A DNA stretch of 64,000 bases, from the NCBI GenBank assembly GCA_900548725.1, contig URLV01000003.1, positions 885-64,884 on the forward strand, given 5' to 3'. The translations under genes and the position numbers were made by a program. Below are positions 47,116-56,861 of this stretch, one piece after another. Under the pieces are notes generated by a model, which ran no database searches, had not been told where the DNA came from, and was given only the letters and a program-made list of their open reading frames with translations. Position 1 is the stretch's first letter; each line of letters begins with the position of its first letter. The DNA is from an uncultured Mycoplasmatota bacterium. Its GTDB lineage: Bacteria > Bacillota_I > Bacilli_A > RF39 > UBA660.

Positions 47116-47921
47116 TATCCACCTTGTACTATTACTTTCTTTGATATATTATTTGTTAATTTATTGCCTATTATTAATAAAACTATTAACCATATTATTG
47201 CACCTATTAAATTTGGTAAAATATTTGTTATATTAAAATTTCCTGAATATATTCTAAATGGTAAATCAGCTATATATCTAAATGGTAATAAGCTTGATAT
47301 AATTCTTAAAAATTTAGGAAAGAATGCAATTGGTATTGTTCCACCTGCAAATATTTCTCCTATTACCATAAATAATGTGATTATTCCTTTTTCATCTAAA
47401 GTATAAAATATTAATAAATGATAAATCATTGTAAATGCATTAATTAATAAACTGGATATTATCATGAATATTATAAATAATATAAGTGAATTAATTGAAT
47501 TTGGTAATGTTAAATTATAAGGTTTTGGTAAGAAGAATGATATTAGAATAACTAATGGACTTCTTAGAATTACTGCTGATAATCTATCTCCATACATTGA
47601 TGAAAACCATTTTTTATAAAAATTTATCGGTCTTATAAATTCATAGGATATGTTACCATTTTTTATTAAGTTTATTAAATTTTTATCTTTGTACCAAGTA
47701 TATACCAATGCAAAGAAAGCTTGATTTAACCATAAATAATTTATTAATTCATTTAAATTCATGGGTAATTTTGTATTATTTGTTGAAGAATAAAATGCTA
47801 GATAGACTGAAATAAATACAAATCCAAAAAAGAATTGAGTACATATTCCAGCTATTGCTGCTTTTCTATATTGTATACTATTTATAAATCTTAGTTTAAA
47901 TAAAGATATATATGTTTTCAT
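47115..47921 (-). CDS. ABC-2 family transporter permease (ABC2_membrane_6/DUF990-like)
   Basis: 268 aa with 6 TM segments. Its N-terminus MKTYISLFKLRFINSIQYRKAAIAG is typical of this family. Confidence 0.65.
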   Translation of the reverse strand: MKTYISLFKLRFINSIQYRKAAIAGICTQFFFGFVFISVYLAFYSSTNNTKLPMNLNELINYLWLNQAFFALVYTWYKDKNLINLIKNGNISYEFIRPINFYKKWFSSMYGDRLSAVILRSPLVILISFFLPKPYNLTLPNSINSLILFIIFMIISSLLINAFTMIYHLLIFYTLDEKGIITLFMVIGEIFAGGTIPIAFFPKFLRIISSLLPFRYIADLPFRIYSGNFNITNILPNLIGAIIWLIVLLIIGNKLTNNISKKVIVQGG

Positions 47922-48901
47922 ATTTCACAATCTTTATATAATTTTAATATTATATTATCTATATTTTCATTTTCTATTTCTATATCTTTTATATCTATTA
48001 AATTTGATAAATATTTTAAGAAGTTAGATATAGATAAAAAGTTTGTATCTAATATAAAATTATATCCATAATCTTTTTTTGTTTGTTTTATTATTCCTTT
48101 TTTATTTAATTTATTAAGTTTGTTTTTTGTAATTATTTGTATCTCTTTTGTGTTATCATATTTTTCTTTTAAATTCTTTATATTTCCATCATATAATATT
48201 TGTCCTTTTCCAATAAGTATAATTCTTTTTGCAAGTGCTTCGATATCACTCATATCATGCGTTGTTAATATAATAGTTGTATTCATTTCCTTATTGATTT
48301 TTTTGATAAAATTTCTTACTTTTATTTTACTTTCGGCATCAAGTCCTATAGTAGGTTCATCTAAAAACAATATGGATGGTTTATGAATAAGTGAAGCAGC
48401 AATTTCACAGCGCATCCTTTGACCTAGACTAAGTTGTCTAACAGGAATATTAACTATATTTTTTAAGTCTAATAATTCTATTAGTTGTTTCTTAGTTTTA
48501 TTAAATTCAGATTCATCTAATTTATAAATATCTTTTAATAAATCAAATGTATCTAATGCAGGAATATCCCACCATAATTGACTTCGTTGTCCAAATACTA
48601 CACCGATATTACTAACATATTTGATTCTGCCTTTAGATGGTGATAATCCGTTAATGCTAATAGTACCTTCGTCTGGTGTAAGAATTCCACTAAGCATTTT
48701 TATGGTAGTACTTTTTCCTGCTCCATTAGGTCCAATGTATCCAATAATTTCCCCTTTTTCTATTTCAAAAGATACATCTTTGACTGCTTCTATATAAATG
48801 TAATTTCTTTTGAAAAATGATTTTAAAGATGCTTTTAATCCAGATTGACGTTTAGCAACTTTAAAAGTTTTTGATATGTGGTTTACATTGATGAATGACA
48901 T
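47918..48901 (-). CDS. ABC transporter ATP-binding protein
   Basis: Walker A GPNGAGKST, signature LSLGQRMR, and Walker B ILFLDEPT. Confidence 0.9.
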   Translation of the reverse strand: MSFINVNHISKTFKVAKRQSGLKASLKSFFKRNYIYIEAVKDVSFEIEKGEIIGYIGPNGAGKSTTIKMLSGILTPDEGTISINGLSPSKGRIKYVSNIGVVFGQRSQLWWDIPALDTFDLLKDIYKLDESEFNKTKKQLIELLDLKNIVNIPVRQLSLGQRMRCEIAASLIHKPSILFLDEPTIGLDAESKIKVRNFIKKINKEMNTTIILTTHDMSDIEALAKRIILIGKGQILYDGNIKNLKEKYDNTKEIQIITKNKLNKLNKKGIIKQTKKDYGYNFILDTNFLSISNFLKYLSNLIDIKDIEIENENIDNIILKLYKDCEI

Positions 48902-49076
48902 TTTTTATCTACACTCCTTTCAACGCAAAAAAACACATTATATTTTCACATGAATTTGAGTAATATGTGTTTATATATGTGTTCTTTCACAAATGTCAAT
49001 TTAATATTATCATTTGGTAGTTAATGTTGTCAATCTATTTTTCATGTTTGGGCTTATAAATATATTATTTATTTAC

Positions 49077-49652
49077 TTATTCAACAAATTTACAAGTTCC
49101 ATTATGTTCTTTAAAGTAATCTTCTATGTGTGCTTTTGCTTTGTTTGCGTCACTTTCAGTTTCTACATCAGTATGATTTGATATAAAAGCATCTCCACCA
49201 GAATATATAATTTGAAAATCTTTATTATACTCTATCTCATACGAATATTTTTCTTTATCTAATTCACATGATAGAGAATATTTTCCTACTACTTTATTAT
49301 CTTTAGAATTTATTCTATCAATGTTAAATAATATGAAAGTAATAACGAATATTACAAAAAGAATAATAAGTGATATTCCAATTACTTTTAATATTTTAAT
49401 TGTTAAACCTGCTAATTTTTCAGTATTACTTACTTTTTCTACTAGAATATTATTTAAGTTATTGTTAGTTAATTCATCTAGACTAATATTAAATATATTA
49501 GAAAGTTTTTTTGCTTGATTTATATCTGGTGTAGTTTCTTCTAATTCCCATTTTGATATTGTTTGTCTTGTTACACCTACTTTTTCAGCAAGTTCTTCTT
49601 GTGATAAATTATTTTTTTTTCTTAATTCTGTTATTTTATTTCCTAAATTCAT
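49077..49652 (-). CDS. XRE-family HTH regulator with a TM segment and extracytoplasmic C-terminal domain
   Basis: KITELRKKNNLSQEELAEKVGVTRQTISKWE (HTH_3), followed by a TM (LTIKILKVIGISLIILFVIFVITFILF). Confidence 0.8.
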   Translation of the reverse strand: MNLGNKITELRKKNNLSQEELAEKVGVTRQTISKWELEETTPDINQAKKLSNIFNISLDELTNNNLNNILVEKVSNTEKLAGLTIKILKVIGISLIILFVIFVITFILFNIDRINSKDNKVVGKYSLSCELDKEKYSYEIEYNKDFQIIYSGGDAFISNHTDVETESDANKAKAHIEDYFKEHNGTCKFVE

Positions 49653-50013
49653 TATATTTTTCTCCTTTCAAGAAAAAGTATAATATTATTATAGTTTGAA
49701 TTCTACCAATATTCTATGGAAATTACGCACTTAATTTTAACATTTTCATTATTTTATAACCAGCATTTTATTTTCGATAATTAGAATTATATCATCTAAT
49801 GAAGAAAATAACATCATAAAAATTATTTTTTCTAATTTCTATATATCTATTCTTTTTTTCGAATTATTTGTTTTAAGACTTTAATTATATTAAACTAGTA
49901 TAAGTATCTAATATAATTTTTTCGTTATCAATATTTTCTATATAATTGAGGAAATATTATTAGTTCAAACGAAAAAAGAATATATTTTTAAATATAATAA
50001 TGCTTTTTTCTAA

Positions 50014-52095
50014 TTATTCTGCTTCTTTTATTATATTTTTGCAACCAATGTATGTTGCTAGGAAATAACAACCGTATATTAAACTCATTACTATAATAGT
50101 TGATATTATTGAAGGTAATAATTGGTCTTTGGAAGCAAGTGTATTAAATATTGATAAAGCAAACTGTATTCCAAAAATTGAATGAATTATTGCAAGTATT
50201 AGAGGAAGCATAAAGAATATTGCAATTTGTTCAAATAATGATTTGTTAATCATTTTTTCATCACAACCAATTTTTCTTAAAATAACATATCTTTCTATGT
50301 TATCTGAACTTTCTGTTAATTGTTTTAAAGCTAGTATTGCGCAACTAACTATTAGAAAGATTATTCCTAAATAGATTGCAATAAATACAACTATGGTTGA
50401 TAAACCTACACTTGATTCAAATAGATGAATTTTAGTATCACTATTTAAAGAGTTTTTAGCTTCGTGAAGTTTTTGATTAAGAGCTGATTCATTATCTGAA
50501 AAGATGTCTTCTATTTTATCTTTTTCTTCTTTATTCTTAGCGTTATAATTTGCTACTAAAAGCCATAATTTTTGATTATCGATATTTAAATTAGCACTGT
50601 CTGGGACAATTATAATTCCAACATTAGTTTTACTTGTAGAAATTTCAATAAAACTATCTTCGCATTTTTGATATTTAGGTTTATATTCACTACCATTTAT
50701 GTTAATTTGTGCATTTGCTTGTAAACCTTTATTTCTCATTTCTGCAATACTTTCATAGTTAGCTATTATTAGGTATTCATCATCATTTAAAGTATATTCT
50801 TTATTGCCATAAAGTTTTGCTATTTTATTATAATCTGATAATTTTACAATCATTTCTGGAGTTGCAAGATTCATCATTGGGAACTCTTTCTTTATATCAA
50901 TAGCAACACTTCCTAATGTTTTTTCCCAGGTTAAGTCACTTAGTTCATAAATAGGTAATTCTATAACATCTTTTAAAAGGTCCATATCAAAGCCATTTTC
51001 TTTAAGTGTGTAAGAAATTGGTTTTTTAGAGTCTTCTTTGATTTCTTCACTTATACTTTCTTTACTATTATCTAAATTAGCTGTTTTATATAAATTAATA
51101 TCAACTGGTGTCATTGCTTCTATATCTTTTTGCATAGAATTTTTTAAAGCTAATGATGAGGATAATGCAGTAATTGTCATAAATAACATTAAGCATATAA
51201 TACTTATACTTATTACAGTTGTATTAATTTTATTATGTATTTGTCTTAGTACAAACATGTTTGTACCTTTTAAATATATACTCTTTTTTGATTCTACTAT
51301 TTTTAAAATAAAACCTGATATTGACCAAAATATTAAAATTGTTGTAATTATACCTAATATTACTGCAAGTATTATTGCTTTTGTTGTTTCATTAATACTA
51401 GATAATGTAAACACTTTTTTTGTGACTATCCAATATGCATATCCTAATCCGATACTAGAGATTATAAATACTACTACACACAGTATAGGATTTTTTATTT
51501 TTATTTTTTCGTTCTTTTTAGATGCTGTTAATAAATTAATTAGTTTGTATTTAGAAATTGTGAAAGCATTAAATATTAATACTGCTAAATACATTATTGC
51601 AAAGTATAAACATGTTTTGATGCAAGCATTTTTTGAGAACACAAATTCAAATTTAGTCATGTCTGCTTGGAATAATTTTGCTACTAAAATTGACATAAGT
51701 TGTGAGGCAAAAATACCTATTACTAATCCTATTAATAAAGATATAATTCCAACAAATATTGTTTCTATTAAAAGTATTTTGGATATTTGTCTTTTACCCA
51801 TTCCAAGTGTCATGTATATTCCAAATTCTTTTTTTCGTCTATTTATTAGAAAATTATTTGCATATACAATTAATAAACCTAATATTATTGCTATAAATAC
51901 AGATACCATACCAAGCATATTAATCATAAGTTTAATTATTTCTTTAGTAGAGGATGAGACTTTTAACATTGCTTCTTGACTATCAAGAGAATTAAACATA
52001 TAGAATACTGCAACACCTAATACTAATGTTATGAAATATATAGCATAATCTTTGAAACTTTTTTTCATGTTTTTTAGAGACAATTTAAATAACAT
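50014..52095 (-). CDS. BceB-type FtsX-family ABC permease (peptide-antibiotic sensing/resistance type)
   Basis: 693 aa with ~10 TM segments and a large extracellular domain between TM7 and TM8. Coupled to a MacB/BceA-type ATPase and next to an intramembrane-sensing HK/RR pair. Confidence 0.75.
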   Translation of the reverse strand: MLFKLSLKNMKKSFKDYAIYFITLVLGVAVFYMFNSLDSQEAMLKVSSSTKEIIKLMINMLGMVSVFIAIILGLLIVYANNFLINRRKKEFGIYMTLGMGKRQISKILLIETIFVGIISLLIGLVIGIFASQLMSILVAKLFQADMTKFEFVFSKNACIKTCLYFAIMYLAVLIFNAFTISKYKLINLLTASKKNEKIKIKNPILCVVVFIISSIGLGYAYWIVTKKVFTLSSINETTKAIILAVILGIITTILIFWSISGFILKIVESKKSIYLKGTNMFVLRQIHNKINTTVISISIICLMLFMTITALSSSLALKNSMQKDIEAMTPVDINLYKTANLDNSKESISEEIKEDSKKPISYTLKENGFDMDLLKDVIELPIYELSDLTWEKTLGSVAIDIKKEFPMMNLATPEMIVKLSDYNKIAKLYGNKEYTLNDDEYLIIANYESIAEMRNKGLQANAQININGSEYKPKYQKCEDSFIEISTSKTNVGIIIVPDSANLNIDNQKLWLLVANYNAKNKEEKDKIEDIFSDNESALNQKLHEAKNSLNSDTKIHLFESSVGLSTIVVFIAIYLGIIFLIVSCAILALKQLTESSDNIERYVILRKIGCDEKMINKSLFEQIAIFFMLPLILAIIHSIFGIQFALSIFNTLASKDQLLPSIISTIIVMSLIYGCYFLATYIGCKNIIKEAE

Positions 52096-52852
52096 CGTTT
52101 AATTCGCCTCCAAGAAGTGTTTGAACTTCGATAATACTTTCAAAGAATTCTTTTCTACTGTTATCACCTTTTATTAATTCGTTAAATATTTTTCCATCTT
52201 TAATAAAAATAATTCTATCTGCATAACTTGCTGTAAATGCATCATGTGTCACCATTAAAATAGTTGCATCTAAAGTTTCATTTAAAGTCGTTAATGTTTC
52301 TAATAATTGTTTTGCTGACTTTGAATCTAATGCTCCGGTTGGTTCATCTGCTAGAACTAATTTTGGATTTGTTATTATAGCTCTTGCTGATGCAACTCTT
52401 TGTTTTTGTCCTCCAGATAATTGATATGGATACTTATTTAAAATATTATCAATTTCTAGTTTTTTTGCAATATCTTTAACTTTTTTATCTATTTCGTGTA
52501 CGTTTCTTTTTTGAATAGTAAGAGCTAAAGCTATATTTTCATAAGCAGTTAAAGTATCTAACAAATTAAAATCTTGAAATATAAAGCCTAATTCTTCTCT
52601 TCTAAATTTATTAAGTTTATTTCCTTTTAATTTTGTAATATCATCTCCATTTATCAGAATATGTCCAGTTGTTACCTTATCTATTGTTGATATACAATTT
52701 AAAAGTGTTGTTTTTCCACTTCCTGATGCTCCCATTATTCCAACAAATTCTTTTTTCTTTACATTGAAACTAATATTGTCTACGGCTTTTGTTAAATTAG
52801 ATTTATTACCATAATATTTTTCAACGTTTTGTACTTCTAATATATTTTCCAT
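52085..52852 (-). CDS. BceA-type ABC ATP-binding protein
   Basis: GASGSGKTT, LSGGQKQR and VLADEPT, 255 aa. Confidence 0.9.
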   Translation of the reverse strand: MENILEVQNVEKYYGNKSNLTKAVDNISFNVKKKEFVGIMGASGSGKTTLLNCISTIDKVTTGHILINGDDITKLKGNKLNKFRREELGFIFQDFNLLDTLTAYENIALALTIQKRNVHEIDKKVKDIAKKLEIDNILNKYPYQLSGGQKQRVASARAIITNPKLVLADEPTGALDSKSAKQLLETLTTLNETLDATILMVTHDAFTASYADRIIFIKDGKIFNELIKGDNSRKEFFESIIEVQTLLGGELNDVI

Positions 52853-52992
52853 ATATATACTCCTTTCAAATACAAGTATATTATAATAAAATTAATATTG
52901 GGTTGCTATCGATTTATATTACAATTAGACTACATTTTTGTAATATTGTTAAAAAGTATTGTTTTATTAACATTTAGTTTTTAACAATACTT

Positions 52993-54012
52993 TTATTTTA
53001 GATTAATATAACTACTATTTGGGAATATTATTTTTATTATTGTATATTCATTTTCTTTAGAATCTAATTCTATAGATATACCTAGTTTATCACATAATTT
53101 TTTACATAAATATAATCCTATTCCAGTAGATTTTTTATTTGATAATCTTCCATTAGTACCTGTAAAACCTTTTTCAAATACTCTATTTATTTCATTTTTT
53201 TTGATACCAATACCATTATCTTTGATATATAAAATAGTGTCATCTTTATTTTCTTTACTAAACATTTCTATTTCAAGTGTTCTATCTTTATTTTTATATT
53301 TTACACTATTTTGTATAAGTTGATTTAATATAAATATTATCCATTTGCTATCTGTATATATTATGTTATTTAAATCATGTGTATTTATTTCGACTTTTTC
53401 TTGTATAAGCATAGTTTTATTTTTTTTGATACTTTCATTTACTAATTCTTTTAAGTTTGATTTTTTGATGTAGTAATCTTTTTCTACTGTATTACTTCTT
53501 GCATAATATAAAGTTTGGTCTATATAGTTTTCTAATTTATCTAATTCTTCTTCAATACTTCTAGTCGCATTATTTTTATTATTTTCTATAATCATTTTAC
53601 TAGTTGCTAGTGGTATTTTTATTTCATGAATCCATAATTCTATATAGTCTTTATAATCTTTTACATTATATTTATATTTATTAACATTTTCATGCATAGA
53701 TTTATTTATTTGTTCTAATGTTTCATATAATATTTTACCTTCAATAAATTCTGGTTTTTTTATTACTTCTGTTATTAAATATTTTTCTTTTAGATGATTT
53801 AACATTTTTTCTAAGTAATTATAATATTTTTTCTTTTTATTATATTCATAAATTAGTCCTATTAAGTATGATGTAATTATTATTATTGGTGTATATATTT
53901 TTATGTAAGTATTTAGTGGATAAGTCATAAAAAATATTTCTATTGTTATTAATGAAAATACTATTAAAATTATTGTAAGTATTTTTTCTTTTATAAATTT
54001 TAAAAAGGTCAT
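52993..54012 (-). CDS. BceS-like intramembrane-sensing histidine kinase
   Basis: Two N-terminal TM segments with a minimal loop. H-box WIHEIKIPL, N-box LNQLIQNSVKY, and G-boxes DNGIGI / GIGLYL. Confidence 0.8.
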   Translation of the reverse strand: MTFLKFIKEKILTIILIVFSLITIEIFFMTYPLNTYIKIYTPIIIITSYLIGLIYEYNKKKKYYNYLEKMLNHLKEKYLITEVIKKPEFIEGKILYETLEQINKSMHENVNKYKYNVKDYKDYIELWIHEIKIPLATSKMIIENNKNNATRSIEEELDKLENYIDQTLYYARSNTVEKDYYIKKSNLKELVNESIKKNKTMLIQEKVEINTHDLNNIIYTDSKWIIFILNQLIQNSVKYKNKDRTLEIEMFSKENKDDTILYIKDNGIGIKKNEINRVFEKGFTGTNGRLSNKKSTGIGLYLCKKLCDKLGISIELDSKENEYTIIKIIFPNSSYINLK

Positions 54013-54692
54013 TATTCTTCACTCCCTTTTAAAATATATCCTTGTCCTCTTTTTGTTTCTAATAGTTCTTTTAGACCTAATTCTTCTAATTTATATCTTA
54101 CTCTTGTAATGTTTACTGTTAGTGTACTATCTCCTATAAAGTTATCACTATCCCATAAGCACATCATTATATCTTCTCTAGATACTATTTTATTTCTATT
54201 TTGAACTAAGTATTTTAGAATTCTAAATTCATTTTTTGTAAGTTCTATTATAGTGTTATCTTTTTCTATTGTACTTTTGTTAATGTTTAAAATAAAATCT
54301 TTCGCGTCTATTGTATCTATATTTTCTTGTGTTTTTGTTCTTCTTAGTAGTGAATTAATTTTTGCAAGTAGGATATGTATATTAAATGGTTTTGTTATGT
54401 AATGGTCTGCTCCATTATTTATACTTAATAATTCATCTATTTCATTATCTCTACTAGTTATAATTATTATTGGCATATTTGATTTTTTTCTAATTTCTTT
54501 ACAAATATATTCTCCATCTGCGTTAGGTAGATTTAGATCTAATAATAATAATTCTGGATTTATTTTTAAAATATCATTTAAAGTGTTATTAAATGTATTT
54601 AAAGTTTCAGACAAGTATCCATTGTTATTTAAAAATATTTCTAATTCTTTTCTTAATTTTTCATCATCTTCAACGATTAATATTTTTTCCAT
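54012..54692 (-). CDS. BceR-like OmpR-family response regulator
   Basis: Receiver domain (KILIVEDDE...LLLLDLNLPNADG...KPF) plus a winged helix (TKRGQGYIL). Confidence 0.9.
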   Translation of the reverse strand: MEKILIVEDDEKLRKELEIFLNNNGYLSETLNTFNNTLNDILKINPELLLLDLNLPNADGEYICKEIRKKSNMPIIIITSRDNEIDELLSINNGADHYITKPFNIHILLAKINSLLRRTKTQENIDTIDAKDFILNINKSTIEKDNTIIELTKNEFRILKYLVQNRNKIVSREDIMMCLWDSDNFIGDSTLTVNITRVRYKLEELGLKELLETKRGQGYILKGSEE

Positions 54693-54805
54693 ACGTATCC
54701 CTCATGTATATTATAACATTAAATTATTCTTAATAATATTACAGTTTTGTAAGATTTAAAAAAAAATATATATATTTATTATTTATATTTTTTTACATAT
54801 ATTTA

Positions 54806-54834
54806 TTGTTTTAACTTTTAAAATATTGTATAAT
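54806..54834 (+). promoter_or_regulatory. Candidate promoter of the unit-1 peptide mRNA
   Basis: TTGTTT (54806-11), a 17-nt spacer, then TATAAT (54829-34). The segment carrying this -10 is deleted in unit 2. Confidence 0.45.
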
Positions 54835-54907
54835 TATTTTAGGAATATTTAACAGTTGAGTGCTTGCCTCTTTATTCTTTTAATAAGAAAGGGGGCTTGG
54901 TAATATT

Positions 54908-54982
54908 ATGACTAAGAAAGATTTTTTAATTTTTTCTTTAATTATTATCATTTTTCTTCTTATATTTTTATTATATAAATAA
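54908..54982 (+). CDS. 24-aa hydrophobic peptide, candidate type I toxin
   Basis: ATG 54908 to TAA 54982 gives MTKKDFLIFSLIIIIFLLIFLLYK. SD AAGAAAGGGGG lies upstream and can pair with GCCTCT..TTCTT (54866-54896). The peptide is too short for the ORF track. Confidence 0.5.
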   Translation: MTKKDFLIFSLIIIIFLLIFLLYK

Positions 54983-54995
54983 TATTTATGTAAGC

Positions 54996-55072
54996 AAAAA
55001 GCACTCAATCTAGCGTAGATTAAGTGCTCAACCCATAAAGGCGAGTACTCAACGTACCATGTTAAGTATCCC
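54996..55072 (-). ncRNA. Candidate convergent antisense sRNA (antitoxin-like) overlapping the peptide mRNA 3' region
   Basis: A minus-strand TATAAT lies at 55084-55079. Minus-strand terminator: AGCACTTAATCTA cgc TAGATTGAGTGCT (13 bp, one G-U) followed by TTTTTG, ending ~54996. Confidence 0.4.
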
Positions 55073-55231
55073 TTTTTTATTATATTCAAGTTCCCTTGAC
55101 ATATTCATAATATCATATTGTTTATATAGTTTCAAGTTTTTTGTAATATGTTTTATTTATGCTTTTTTACACATATTTGTTGTTTTAAGAATATTTAACA
55201 GCCCATTATTTTTTTTATTAAGGAAGGAGAC

Positions 55232-55324
55232 TTGGTTATTATATCTAAGAAAGATTTTTTAAATTTATCTCTTATATTTATCATCTTTTTATTAATATCC
55301 TTACTTTTTACTATTTTAGTATAG
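55232..55324 (+). pseudogene. Degenerate second copy of the hydrophobic peptide ORF (no ATG)
   Basis: The in-frame reading (TTG)VIISKKDFLNLSLIFIIFLLISLLFTILV* is homologous to the unit-1 peptide. ATG is replaced by ATA, the promoter -10 segment is deleted, and the antisense terminator arm is decayed. Confidence 0.35.
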
Positions 55325-55496
55325 TAAAACAATATAATAAAACCACTCAATCTAACGTATATAAATGCACACCATTAATAGTGGTAAGTACTCAACATGA
55401 GCTTGTTAAGTATTCCCTTTTTTATTTTATTCAAGTCTCCTTGACATATTCATAATAACATATTATTTATATATTTTCAAATAAAACTTATCATAT

Positions 55497-56603
55497 TTAT
55501 AATAAATTATTTGTTTCTTTTATTTTTTCCCATGGTAAATTTAAATCTGTTCTTCCAAAATGTCCGTATGATGCTAAATCGTAATATATTGGATTTAATA
55601 AATCTAATTCTTTTATAATATTGTCTACACTAAAATTAAAATTATTATTTACAAATTCATATATTTTATCTATACCTACTTTATTTGTAATAAATGTATT
55701 TATGTAAATAGAAATTGGATATTCTTTTCCTATTGCATATGCTAATTCTATTTCACATTTATCTGCTAGGTTATTAGCTACAATATTTTTAGCAACAAAT
55801 CTTGCATAATATGCTCCACTTCTATCTACTTTAGATGGGTCTTTACTGCTAAAGCATCCACCACCTACTTTTCCTATTCCTCCATATGTATCTGCAACTA
55901 TTTTTCTACCTGTTGTTCCACTATCTCCAAATGAACCACCTATTGTAAATTTGCCACTTGTGTTTATTAATATTTTTGTGTTTTTATCAAGTAGATTGGT
56001 AGGAACAACTTTATATATTACTTCATTAATAATTAGATTTTCTAATTCTTTTTTATCTATGTTTTCTTTATGTTGAGATGCAATAATTATTGTATCTATT
56101 CTTTTTGGAATATCATTTTCATATTCGATAGTTATTTGTGTTTTGCCATCAGGTTTTAGTATAGAATTCTTATCTTTTTTTCTTACATCTGATAATCTTT
56201 TTGCTAGTTTATTTGCTAAAAGGATTGGTAGTGGCATATATTCTTTTGTTTCATTTGTTGCATAACCAAACATTATTCCTTGATCTCCTGCCATAATTTT
56301 ATCTTGTTCTACTGCATTATTTATTTCAATAGATTGTTTATTTACTTTAACAATTACATTATATTCTTCTTCATAGCCAATATCTTTTAATACTTTTTTT
56401 GCTAGAGAACCATAATCTAATTTTGCTTTAGTTGTTGCTTCTCCGTAAATAAATATTAAATCATCTTTTATAGTTGTTTCTACTGCCATTTTGCTAGTTT
56501 TGTCTTGTCTTAATGCTTCATCTAATATGTAATCACTGATTTTATCACATATTTTATCTGGATGTCCTTCTGTTACTGATTCACTTGTTAAATAATATTT
56601 CAT
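55497..56603 (-). CDS. metK: S-adenosylmethionine synthetase
   Basis: SESVTEGHPDKICDKISD, GDQGIMFGYA, GGGCFSSKDPSKVDRSGAY and similar canonical MetK motifs, 368 aa. Confidence 0.95.
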   Translation of the reverse strand: MKYYLTSESVTEGHPDKICDKISDYILDEALRQDKTSKMAVETTIKDDLIFIYGEATTKAKLDYGSLAKKVLKDIGYEEEYNVIVKVNKQSIEINNAVEQDKIMAGDQGIMFGYATNETKEYMPLPILLANKLAKRLSDVRKKDKNSILKPDGKTQITIEYENDIPKRIDTIIIASQHKENIDKKELENLIINEVIYKVVPTNLLDKNTKILINTSGKFTIGGSFGDSGTTGRKIVADTYGGIGKVGGGCFSSKDPSKVDRSGAYYARFVAKNIVANNLADKCEIELAYAIGKEYPISIYINTFITNKVGIDKIYEFVNNNFNFSVDNIIKELDLLNPIYYDLASYGHFGRTDLNLPWEKIKETNNLL

Positions 56604-56630
56604 ATAATCTCCCTCTTTCTCTTTTTATCA

Positions 56631-56756
56631 AAAATAAAAAACTCTTGAAAGAGTTATTGTTATAAAAATCTCTTTCATCGATATTAGCATTACCACCTTA
56701 CTGTTGCAGGTTGGTATGAGTTCTTAGAGCTAATTCTCTCCCTCATTCTTGATAAA
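56631..56756 (-). promoter_or_regulatory. SAM-I (S-box) riboswitch with terminator, metK leader
   Basis: Minus strand reads TTATCAAGAATGAGGGAGAGAATTAGCTCTAAGAACTCATACCAACCTGCAACAGTAAGGTGGTAATGCTAATATCGATGAAAGAGA. This matches the S-box consensus blocks (TTATCaAGA, GAGGGA, CAACC, AAGGTGcTAA, GATGA.AG). A terminator follows: AACTCTT tca AAGAGTT plus T5. Confidence 0.75.
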
Positions 56757-56861
56757 AAATTATAATTATTTAACGTATTATTTCTAATACAATTTTATTT
56801 TAACATTATTTTTATATTTTGTATATAATTTTTATAGTAAAAAAGACTTTCAAACGAAGTC

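Larger units (their letters stand above)
54788..55485 (+). repeat. Tandem duplication (~345-376 bp unit) of a small-peptide/antisense-RNA cassette
   Basis: Unit 1 is ~54788-55140 and unit 2 is ~55164-55485. Shared blocks are TTTTTTACA(T/C)ATATTT(A/G)TTGTTTTAA, GAATATTTAACAG, CTAAGAAAGATTTTTTAA, ACTCAATCTA, AGTACTCAAC, GTTAAGTAT(T)CCCTTTTTTATT and CCTTGACATATTCATAATA. Confidence 0.8.

Noticed and set aside
54880-55262. Track ORFs 54880-55089 (-) and 55059-55262 (+) in the Bce/metK spacer.
   Set aside because: They run across the tandem-repeat units without conserving a frame between the two copies. They have no SD and overlap the hairpins/terminators. The conserved element is the ~24-30-codon hydrophobic ORF and the RNA structures instead.
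55096-55446. Perfect TTGACA boxes at the end of each repeat unit (55096-55101, 55441-55446) as plus-strand promoters.
   Set aside because: No acceptable -10 hexamer lies at 16-19 nt spacing; the nearest TA-rich hexamers are at 6, 12 or 20-21 nt. They are conserved between units, so they may matter, for example as part of the minus-strand promoter region. I could not support a plus-strand promoter call.
54788-55485. Whether the repeated spacer could be a CRISPR array.
   Set aside because: There are only two copies of a ~350-bp unit with internal promoters, an ORF and terminators. There are no short (25-40 bp) direct repeats with unique spacers anywhere in the window, and no cas genes.
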